This document shows, piece by piece, positions 36,627 to 43,758 of a stretch of 64,000 nucleotides of DNA. The notes below the pieces were generated by a model. The model was not told the DNA's origin. It did not search any database and saw only the letters and a list, made by a program, of their open reading frames with translations. The first letter of the stretch is position 1. Each line of letters starts with the position of its first letter. Source of the stretch: Eubacteriales bacterium (lineage in GTDB: Bacteria; Bacillota; Clostridia; Oscillospirales; SIG627); the NCBI GenBank assembly GCA_045594565.1, contig JAZNYT010000002.1, positions 1,824 through 65,823 of the forward strand, in the 5' to 3' direction. Made by a program: the position numbers and the translations under genes.

Positions 36627-37114
36627 AAACCATAGGACTTATGATTTTGTTTTTTGTACCAACTGCCGCAGGCTTTGTAAAGTCCCAACAATATATAGAA
36701 TCGAGGAACGTTTTACGCGGTTTTATTCTGCTTATAAGCTTTATTAAGCGTGAAATAACCTCCTATCTTACACCTCAACAGGAAATATATGAAAAGTTTT
36801 ACGACAAAAGCCTCGAAAAAGCAACCTTCCTGTCATCTCTTCGCAAAAATTCGGGAGACACCCCCTTCGCACAGGCGGTTACGGAAACGAAGGATAAGCT
36901 TTTCTTGAGCGACGAAGCCTTCGAGCTCCTTTATGAATTCGGTATGTCCTTCGGTACTCTTTCCGAAAAAGAGGAAGTGACAAGATGCGAAAAGCTGATA
37001 GGGGAGCTTGAAGAAATATATAAAGCACGGAAAGAAGAAACAGTAGAAAAAACAAGACTTTGCAGAACTGTCGGATGCATGACGGGCATAGCACTCGTTC
37101 TGCTTATGTGGTAA
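36623..37114 (+). CDS. spoIIIAB: stage III sporulation protein AB
   Basis: N- and C-terminal TM helices, size, and operon position. The start overlaps the AA stop. Confidence 0.85.
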   Translation: MKTIGLMILFFVPTAAGFVKSQQYIESRNVLRGFILLISFIKREITSYLTPQQEIYEKFYDKSLEKATFLSSLRKNSGDTPFAQAVTETKDKLFLSDEAFELLYEFGMSFGTLSEKEEVTRCEKLIGELEEIYKARKEETVEKTRLCRTVGCMTGIALVLLMW

Positions 37115-37126
37115 AGGAGAAGAAAT

Positions 37127-37321
37127 TTGGACGTAACTCTTATTTTGAAAATAGCAGGCATCGGAACTCTCGTATCTGTTGTCCACCAGATACTCAGCCG
37201 CTACGGAAGGGAAGAACAGGCAACGATGGTAGCTGTAGCAGGAGTGGTGCTTGTACTCTTTATTTTAGTCGAGGAAATGAGCGACCTCTTCCGCACGGTG
37301 CGTGACCTTTTCGGAATATGA
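37127..37321 (+). CDS. spoIIIAC: stage III sporulation protein AC
   Basis: 64-aa two-TM protein with ILKIAGIGTLVSVVHQIL...GREEQA, the typical AC sequence. Confidence 0.9.
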   Translation: MDVTLILKIAGIGTLVSVVHQILSRYGREEQATMVAVAGVVLVLFILVEEMSDLFRTVRDLFGI

Positions 37322-37701
37322 CAACGGATGTAATAGCGCTTTGTTCTATGGTCATAGGGGCACTCTTTGTGCTTGTTCCCATGAAGGAGCTGAAAAAAGA
37401 ATACTTCCTTTTTGCTACGGCAGGACTTTCGGTTATAATTTTTGTTTTTGCTCTAAAGAGTGCAAAACCGATTCTTCAGTATCTTGAAGCTTTTTCCCGA
37501 AACGAAGCATCACTCTACCTAAAAACACTTGTAAAGGTATCAGGGATAAGCGTTATAACAACACTCACCTCTGAATTTGCAAAGGATATGGGTGTCGAAT
37601 CGGTATCGGGAAAGGTGGAATTTGCAGGAAAGGTGGCAATTCTACTTTGTGCCATTCCTATTTACGACAATCTTTTTCTTTTGGTGGAAAGCGTATTATG
37701 A
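37318..37701 (+). CDS. spoIIIAD: stage III sporulation protein AD
   Basis: 127-aa four-TM protein at the expected operon position, with a start overlap. Confidence 0.85.
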   Translation: MTTDVIALCSMVIGALFVLVPMKELKKEYFLFATAGLSVIIFVFALKSAKPILQYLEAFSRNEASLYLKTLVKVSGISVITTLTSEFAKDMGVESVSGKVEFAGKVAILLCAIPIYDNLFLLVESVL

Positions 37702-38813
37702 AAAAGATTTTAGTATTGGCTTTGCTTGTAATGATTTTGTCGCCCTCAGTCTTTGCCGAAGCTATTGACGAGACTATAAGAGCCGAGCTTGAAATAGAAA
37801 AGGCAGCGGAAAGCATCCCGGAAACACTCAAAAGCAGTGAGCATAATCAAATCACCTTCAGTCCATCTGCTAACCCCTCCGAAAACGGGCTCACTCCTAA
37901 GAGTATATTGAAATATATTGTAAACCTTACCCTTTCAAGCCTTGGCGAAGAAATATATTTCGTTATTACTTTTATTGCTCTTATTATAATTTCGTCTATG
38001 ATACGGGAATTGGTTGACGGAATAGGCAAAGGGTACGTTGCGTCCTCCATACACTTCGCGGTGTCGGGAATAGTTTCATCACTTCTTATTTCACACGTAA
38101 ATAACGCCCTTGCTTCTGCCGAAACGTATGTAAGTGAGCTTTCGGTTTTTATAACGGGACTCCTACCGTTTTTGGGGTCGGTGGCTCTTGCGGGCGGGGA
38201 GATAACAAGTGCTGCGGTGAGTGAAGCGCTGATACTTTCAGCCGTCTCCTTTTTGCAGTTTGTTCTCGAAGAAATTGCGGTACCTCTTGTTCGCATTGTG
38301 CTCTCTTTTTCTATTGTCGGCTACCTTTCCCGTCTTCCTTTGGGAGCACTTTCAGAGCTTATAACAGGCTTTGCCACAAAGCTCGTTACAATATCCTTCG
38401 GTGTCCTCTGCGCCATTATATATTTTCAGAACACCGTTACATCGGTGACCGATTCACTGGCACTTCGTTCCTTGAAGCTTGCGGCAGGAAATTTTATTCC
38501 ACTTGTGGGAGGCTTCGTTTCGGAAGCGTCGGGTACCTTGATATCAGGGGTAAGACTTGTGAAATCTACTCTCGGAGTTTTTGCAATATGTGTTATTTTA
38601 TATACTACCGCACTACCGCTCGTAAACTTCGGTGTAAGAAAGCTATCGCTTAAATTCATAAACGTAATTTCGAAATTTGTTTCTGCCGATAAGGAATCAA
38701 AGGTAATAGGAGAGCTTGTGGGGATATATAATATTCTGTCCGCTACAATGATTGCTTCCTCTTGCTTCTTTATTTTTGCAATATCCGTATTCATAAAAAG
38801 CGAGGTGGGTTAA
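37698..38813 (+). CDS. spoIIIAE: stage III sporulation protein AE
   Basis: Signal peptide MKKILVLALLVMILSPSVFA followed by a polytopic membrane domain. ATGA overlap with AD. Confidence 0.85.
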   Translation: MKKILVLALLVMILSPSVFAEAIDETIRAELEIEKAAESIPETLKSSEHNQITFSPSANPSENGLTPKSILKYIVNLTLSSLGEEIYFVITFIALIIISSMIRELVDGIGKGYVASSIHFAVSGIVSSLLISHVNNALASAETYVSELSVFITGLLPFLGSVALAGGEITSAAVSEALILSAVSFLQFVLEEIAVPLVRIVLSFSIVGYLSRLPLGALSELITGFATKLVTISFGVLCAIIYFQNTVTSVTDSLALRSLKLAAGNFIPLVGGFVSEASGTLISGVRLVKSTLGVFAICVILYTTALPLVNFGVRKLSLKFINVISKFVSADKESKVIGELVGIYNILSATMIASSCFFIFAISVFIKSEVG

Positions 38814-39296
38814 ATGGCAGAGTATCTGACACTCATTATAACGCTCTCTCTTTTTTGCGGAATAATAAATATTTTCCTCGATGAAAAGGGAGTGGGGAAG
38901 ACCTCTCGGACGGTTGTAAATCTTGTGATGCTTTCCTGCATTGTTGTCCCAATAATAAAAACACTGGTGTTTTTTCAGGACAACGTTGCGATTCCCGTCA
39001 TAAATGAAAATAACCTACATATAAATGAGGTAGAGGAAAGCGATACCGCTACCTACAGAAAATGGCTTGCAAAAATTACCGCAGAGGACGTGGCAAGGGA
39101 AATAGAGAATTCTGTGAAGAAATACACAGGCTTCGAAGTACGTGTAGAATGTCCTTGGCACGTTGAGGAGGAAAACGTGGTGTTTGAAAAGATAAAAATC
39201 TATACTTCAAGCGATAAACGCTATCACGAAAAAATTGAAAACACAGTAAAGCTTCATTATCACCTTGATGCAGAGTGTATATCGGTATCAAAATGA
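38814..39296 (+). CDS. spoIIIAF: stage III sporulation protein AF
   Basis: Two N-terminal TM helices plus a soluble ring-building-motif-sized domain, at the expected operon position. Confidence 0.8.
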   Translation: MAEYLTLIITLSLFCGIINIFLDEKGVGKTSRTVVNLVMLSCIVVPIIKTLVFFQDNVAIPVINENNLHINEVEESDTATYRKWLAKITAEDVAREIENSVKKYTGFEVRVECPWHVEEENVVFEKIKIYTSSDKRYHEKIENTVKLHYHLDAECISVSK

Positions 39297-39796
39297 AGAA
39301 ATTGAACGAGCTCTTTTCAGGTAAGAATACTACGGTAATTTTTATTCTTATATTCCTTTTGGGACTTCTCTTGGTGCTTCTTCCGACAAAGGAAAACGAG
39401 AAGAAGACACACACAGAGTCAACCCTTCGCTTTGACGAGGAGGAATATGAGAAGAATCTCGAAAAAAGACTTCGGGAGATTCTTGAGGAAATAGACGGCG
39501 TAGGGGATGTAAGTGTTATGATAACGCTGGAGGGGTCGGCAACCTACTCCTATGCCACCGACGTAACTCAGGACGTCAGCGAGAAAGGCAACAGTAAGAG
39601 GGAAAGCACGGTTGTGCTATCCACAGGCACCTCAAGTACGAAAGAGGCGGTAATAAGCGGTTATACGCTCCCTAAGGTAAAGGGCGCGGCGGTAGTATGC
39701 TCAAGGGAGCTTTCCGCTACCCTGAAAGCCAAAGTACTTGAAGCGGTGTCGGCATCACTTGGCATTACAAGTGCAAAAATAAGTGTTACAAATTAG
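39293..39796 (+). CDS. spoIIIAG: stage III sporulation protein AG
   Basis: N-terminal TM segment. GVGDVSVMITLEGS...VKGAAVVC matches the AG ring-building domain. ATGA overlap with AF. Confidence 0.85.
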   Translation: MKKLNELFSGKNTTVIFILIFLLGLLLVLLPTKENEKKTHTESTLRFDEEEYEKNLEKRLREILEEIDGVGDVSVMITLEGSATYSYATDVTQDVSEKGNSKRESTVVLSTGTSSTKEAVISGYTLPKVKGAAVVCSRELSATLKAKVLEAVSASLGITSAKISVTN

Positions 39797-39821
39797 AATT
39801 AAACATAAGCGGAGGTACGTT

Positions 39822-40562
39822 ATGAACAAACTTGAAAAAATGAAAAGTGAAAAAACAAACGAAGTGGAGAAGGTGGAAAATCTTGTCTCCGAGGAAGCTG
39901 AGCAGATGAAGGAGGAAAAGAGGTTCTTTTCACTCTTTACTTTCTGGAAGAAATTAAGAAAAGAAGAAAGGGAAGATGATGCAATAGTAGAATTTGCGGA
40001 AGGTGAAGAAAAACGCGGCTTCTTGAAGCATTTCAACGCCCGTACCGCAGTACTTACAGCCTCTCTTCTTATTATCGCCGTTGCGGGATATCTTAATATT
40101 CATTTTGCAACAGTACCCGCAGAGCTTGAAAATATCGACGAAAACGGCATATCTATGGATGCTCTCAGCCCCGAAAATACCGGCGAAGTAAACGCTCCCA
40201 CCGAGACCGAGGACTATTTCGCTCTTTCTGTAATTAACCGCGAAAGAGTGAGAGATGAAGCCTTCGAAATGCTTCAGGAGCTCACCGTGTCCGATGCAGT
40301 AGATGCGGTTGCTAAAGCGGATGCATTTAGCGAAATGACAAGAATGGCAAACGAGATTACAAGTGAAGCAAATATAGAAAGCCTCGTTAAAGCAAAGGGC
40401 TTCAATAACTGTGTTGCCGTTGTTAGCGGCGAGGACGTAAACGTGGTGGTAGAGAGCAGTGGACTTACTATAAATCAGGTAGCACAAATTAAGGAGATAG
40501 TGTATCTTGAATGCGGAGTACACCCCGACAATATTAAAATTATTGAAAAAGCAGGCGTGTAA
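39822..40562 (+). CDS. spoIIIAH: stage III sporulation protein AH
   Basis: TM anchor and a C-terminal YscJ/FliF-like domain (GFNNCVAVVSGEDVNVVVESSGLT). ATG 39822 follows GCGGAGGT. Confidence 0.8.
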   Translation: MNKLEKMKSEKTNEVEKVENLVSEEAEQMKEEKRFFSLFTFWKKLRKEEREDDAIVEFAEGEEKRGFLKHFNARTAVLTASLLIIAVAGYLNIHFATVPAELENIDENGISMDALSPENTGEVNAPTETEDYFALSVINRERVRDEAFEMLQELTVSDAVDAVAKADAFSEMTRMANEITSEANIESLVKAKGFNNCVAVVSGEDVNVVVESSGLTINQVAQIKEIVYLECGVHPDNIKIIEKAGV

Positions 40563-40565
40563 GCC

Positions 40566-40594
40566 TTGACAAAACACCAAAAAACAGTTAAAAT
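40566..40594 (+). promoter_or_regulatory. sigma-A type promoter of the tRNA gene
   Basis: Perfect TTGACA (40566-40571), 17-nt spacer, TAAAAT (40589-40594), 20 nt upstream of the tRNA. Confidence 0.65.
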
Positions 40595-40614
40595 ATTAAG
40601 CGTTGACAACGCTT

Positions 40615-40689
40615 GCCTGTATAGTTAAATGGATATAACAAGCCCCTCCTAAGGGCTAGTTGTGGGTTCGATTCCCGCTGCGGGTACCA
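40615..40689 (+). tRNA. tRNA-Arg (anticodon CCU), CCA encoded
   Basis: Hand-folded cloverleaf of 75 nt. Acceptor GCCTGTA/TGCGGGT; D arm GTTA-AATGGATA-TAAC; anticodon arm AGCCC-CTCCTAA-GGGCT; 4-nt variable loop; T arm GTGGG-TTCGATT-CCCGC; discriminator A; CCA. Confidence 0.75.
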
Positions 40690-40695
40690 TGAAAA

Positions 40696-40724
40696 AAGCA
40701 CTTGCAAAAGCAAGTGCTTTTTTC
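40696..40724. terminator. bidirectional rho-independent terminator after the tRNA
   Basis: Stem AAGCACTTGC/GCAAGTGCTT, loop AAAA, with an A-run before and a T-run after. Confidence 0.8.
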
Positions 40725-40726
40725 AA

Positions 40727-40900
40727 CTAAATCCGCCGATGGCGGAATAGATCCACCTTCGGTGGATGAAATCGCTTCGCGATGAAATCCGACTTCGTCG
40801 GGATAGTAGAGGCGGATTTAATTTCATCTGAGGCGGCACGCCGAAGATTTCATCCGAGTTTGCGAGGATTTCACCGTGCGTAGCACGATTTCATTAAATA
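40727..40900. repeat. array of short GC-rich palindromes separated by GATGAAATC (left half) or its complement GATTTCATC/GATTTCACC/GATTTCATT (right half)
   Basis: Palindromes at 40732-46, 40751-67, 40771-83, 40788-802, 40832-42 and 40875-87. Motif copies at 40765, 40781 | 40820, 40846, 40867, 40887. The right-half spacing is 26, 21 and 20 nt. Confidence 0.8.
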
Positions 40901-40934
40901 TTTGAGTTGCAATTTTGTCCTACGGGTACCAAAA

Positions 40935-40970
40935 AATCCTGAATGCGAAAGTGTTCGGGATTTTTACTTT
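40935..40970 (+). terminator. terminator-like hairpin with T-run
   Basis: Stem AATCCTGAA/TTCGGGATT (one G-U pair), 10-nt loop, TTTTT. Its 5' arm can instead pair with 41002-41020. Confidence 0.5.
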
Positions 40971-41102
40971 TTACCTCTTCACTCTTCGCTTTTCACTAAA
41001 ATTCGCATTAAGGATTTTTTGAAGGTAATAGGTAAGATGTAATAGTGAAGAAGTAGGGGAAACAAACTCGTTGCGCAATTAAATTCTTTTCTTCATTTTT
41101 TA

Positions 41103-41131
41103 TTGACTTTTTAGCCCGGTTGAGTTAAAAT
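41103..41131 (+). promoter_or_regulatory. sigma-A type promoter of the tandem TIM-barrel genes
   Basis: TTGACT (41103-41108), 17-nt spacer, TAAAAT (41126-41131). Confidence 0.55.
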
Positions 41132-41162
41132 TAACTGACCATAGAAGTTTGGAGGATATAGT

Positions 41163-42119
41163 ATGAAAAAGTCTTTTTTTCATGGTACTTATTATCGTGA
41201 ATACCGCGAAGAATTAAAAGAAAATAAAACCGATTTAACCTATTTGTTCAGAAGCGTTGATTATGCAAAGCGCGACGGCTTTCAGGGTATTGAGGTTCTC
41301 CCTATTTTTGAGTTTATGAAAGGCGACGGAACAGAATTTGCAGACGATTATCTTGACGTAGCAAAGCGTTTTCGTGAAAAGATGGACAAGGAAGGAATAA
41401 AGGCTTCTTGCTTTTCGTTTGGTGTAAGTGTTTTGAATGATCCCGCTTATGCCAGACGTGTAATGAAGAAATCTGCCGATGTTGCCGCAATTGTCGGTTC
41501 TCCCTACCTTCACCACACCTTCCAATGCTCATTGAGTACTGCAGGCATTAGGCCTGAGGAAAGCTTTTATCAGGGCGCCGAAAAAACTTTTGTGGAATTC
41601 GGACGTGAAATTGCAGAATATGCAGGTGAAAAAGGACTCGAATGTATTTATGAGGACCAGGGCTACTACGTTAATACGGTTGAAAGACTCGGCTCGCTTA
41701 TTGCAGCCATCGATATGCCCAACACAGGTGTTTGTCTTGACGTAGGAAACTCATTCTTCTATGACGTTTTGCCCGAAAGCTTTGCAGGAGCCTTTGCATC
41801 TATTATAAAGCACGTACATATAAAGGACTACATTAAAAATGACAGCGCGATTAAACCCGGTAATGGTTGGGACAGAACGATCTCGGGAAGCTGGCTCAGA
41901 AACTGCGTACCGGGTACCGGTATCGTTAACTTTGAGAAGATATTCTCCATTCTTCTTGAAGCAGGCTATGACGGATTTTTCTCTCTCGAAAACCAGAATG
42001 CTCTTGATAATATAAGCAATGTCGCCGCAATCAAGGAAATCGGCGTCGCTATGAACAATATTGAAAGAATTTACAACAAGGTATTAAAAACAGTCGGTAA
42101 TTCGAGAATGGGAGTTTGA
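41163..42119 (+). CDS. sugar phosphate isomerase/epimerase (xylose isomerase-like TIM barrel), paralog 1
   Basis: SPYLHHT, ECIYEDQG, VCLDVGNSFFYD and HVHIKDY. It shares long identical blocks with the next gene. Confidence 0.8.
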   Translation: MKKSFFHGTYYREYREELKENKTDLTYLFRSVDYAKRDGFQGIEVLPIFEFMKGDGTEFADDYLDVAKRFREKMDKEGIKASCFSFGVSVLNDPAYARRVMKKSADVAAIVGSPYLHHTFQCSLSTAGIRPEESFYQGAEKTFVEFGREIAEYAGEKGLECIYEDQGYYVNTVERLGSLIAAIDMPNTGVCLDVGNSFFYDVLPESFAGAFASIIKHVHIKDYIKNDSAIKPGNGWDRTISGSWLRNCVPGTGIVNFEKIFSILLEAGYDGFFSLENQNALDNISNVAAIKEIGVAMNNIERIYNKVLKTVGNSRMGV

Positions 42120-42121
42120 TA

Positions 42122-42991
42122 ATGAAAAAATCATGCTTTCTCATATCATATGAGGACTACATACAAACAGAAAAAACAATAGGTCTTATTAAGAGAGCTA
42201 AGAACGACGGCTTTGGTGCCATCGAGCCTTATGACTCTGCTGACTTTTTTGAAAACCCCGATTACCTTGATTATGCAAAAGAGGTGAGAGAGGAGCTGGA
42301 CCGCGAGGGAATGAAGTGCTCCTGCTTTTCTATCGGAATAAATATGCTCAAGGACCCCTCCGCCGCAGTGGAAAGGCTGAAAAAATGTGTAGATATCGCA
42401 CATATACTCGGCGCCCCCTTCCTTCATCACACAATGGAGCTGGCGTTAAGCTTTAAGGGGCTTCCCGTATATCAGCAGGTTGAAAAGATTTTCGCCGACG
42501 TATCCCGCACAGTTGCCGAATATGCAGGCGAAAAAGGAATGGATTGTATCTACGAGGATCAGGGCTTCCTTATCAATACCGTAGAAAGACTCGGCTCACT
42601 TATTTCAAGGATAAACATGCCCAACACAGGCGTATGTCTTGACGTAGGTAATGCTCTTTTCTACGACGTTGCACCCGAGGACTACGCAGGTGCTTTCGCT
42701 CCTCTTATCAAGCACGTTCACGTTAAGGACTATATCCGAAAGACAACTTATCCGGGAAAAGGCTGGTACCGCTCGATTATGGGTAACTATCTCTATGAAG
42801 CGCCTATCGGTCACGGAGTGGTTGACTTCGAAAAGATTATGACGATACTTCTCGACTATGACTATGACGGATATTACTCTCTTGAAGGGGGAGGAATTCC
42901 CGGTAACGTTGAAGACGGCATAAGACGCTCTATGGAAACACTTGAGTATTATTATGAATGTGCAAAAGAAAAAAGCATAAAGAAAAAATAA
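42122..42991 (+). CDS. sugar phosphate isomerase/epimerase (xylose isomerase-like TIM barrel), paralog 2
   Basis: APFLHHT, DCIYEDQG, VCLDVGNALFYD and HVHVKDY. ATG 42122 lies 7 nt after GGGAG, and the TTG at 42116 is an alternative start. Confidence 0.8.
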   Translation: MKKSCFLISYEDYIQTEKTIGLIKRAKNDGFGAIEPYDSADFFENPDYLDYAKEVREELDREGMKCSCFSIGINMLKDPSAAVERLKKCVDIAHILGAPFLHHTMELALSFKGLPVYQQVEKIFADVSRTVAEYAGEKGMDCIYEDQGFLINTVERLGSLISRINMPNTGVCLDVGNALFYDVAPEDYAGAFAPLIKHVHVKDYIRKTTYPGKGWYRSIMGNYLYEAPIGHGVVDFEKIMTILLDYDYDGYYSLEGGGIPGNVEDGIRRSMETLEYYYECAKEKSIKKK

Positions 42992-42994
42992 ATG

Positions 42995-43029
42995 ATGAGA
43001 GGTGGTTTACCACCTCTCATTTGTTTTTT
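42995..43029. terminator. bidirectional rho-independent terminator
   Basis: Stem ATGAGAGGTGG/CCACCTCTCAT with loop TTTA and a T-run. The stop codon of the convergent MBL gene lies in the loop. Confidence 0.75.
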
Positions 43030-43624
43030 CATCACCTATAGTAGTTTTTTCTCCGTGTCCCGGATAAACGGTGAGATATTCGTTTAAGAGAAAGAGCCTT
43101 TCAAGAGAATCGAAAAGCTCTCCCATATTGCCTCCGTAAAGGTCGTATCTGCCGTAACCATCTCTGAAAAGAGTATCACCGCTGAATAAAGCGCTTTCGC
43201 CTATAAGAACCGAAGAGCCCTTCGTGTGACCCGGAGTATGCATTATACGAAGCTTTTCTTTACCGAATTTTATTACACTACCTTCCTTCAAAAGCGTATC
43301 GGCAGGCTTTATATAAACCTCTCCAAAGGTAAGATGCTTTGATGCATTCTTTTCGGGGGAGTCGAGAAGCTCGGCATCTGCCTCGTGGATGCATAAAGGA
43401 ATATTATAAGTCTCTCGAAGAAAATCCGCCCCGCCGATATGGTCGAAGTGCCCGTGAGTCAAAACAATTGAAACAGGGGAGAGCTTTCTTGCGGAAATTA
43501 TATTTATTATTTTTTCGGGCGAAGAGGCAGGGTCGATAATTATGCATTTTTTGCCGTTCACTTCGGATACTATATAACAGTTAGTATCAAAAGGAGGAAG
43601 GGGGAGAGCTATCACGTTTAACAT
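43007..43624 (-). CDS. MBL-fold metallo-hydrolase (glyoxalase II-like)
   Basis: LTHGHFDHIGG motif, HTPGHTKGS, and a late GH. Confidence 0.85.
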   Translation of the reverse strand: MLNVIALPLPPFDTNCYIVSEVNGKKCIIIDPASSPEKIINIISARKLSPVSIVLTHGHFDHIGGADFLRETYNIPLCIHEADAELLDSPEKNASKHLTFGEVYIKPADTLLKEGSVIKFGKEKLRIMHTPGHTKGSSVLIGESALFSGDTLFRDGYGRYDLYGGNMGELFDSLERLFLLNEYLTVYPGHGEKTTIGDEKTNERW

Positions 43625-43693
43625 ATTTTCACCTCAAGATATTATAACACATTGTGATTTTTTTGTCAAACTGTAAAAATATGACAGTTTAAT

Positions 43694-43722
43694 ATTGACA
43701 TATTTTAAAAAAAGGTGTATCA
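43694..43722 (+). promoter_or_regulatory. sigma-A type promoter of pfkA
   Basis: TTGACA (43694-43699), 17-nt spacer, TATCAT (43717-43722). Confidence 0.5.
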
Positions 43723-43758
43723 TAATAAAGATAATTTTAATACTATTTTGGAGGAGAC

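Noticed and set aside
41898-41906. A third CGGGTACC copy, as a possible distal attR that would make the TIM-barrel genes part of a tRNA-integrated island.
   Set aside because: It is only an 8-mer (a KpnI-site-containing VPGTG codon run) inside a conserved coding region. It has no flanking similarity to the tRNA end and no integrase.
43664-43699. An imperfect palindrome, TGTCAAACTGT...ACAGTTT...TTGACA, upstream of pfkA, as an operator.
   Set aside because: The arms are interrupted and asymmetric, and one arm is simply the -35 hexamer. It does not match any regulator site I can name.
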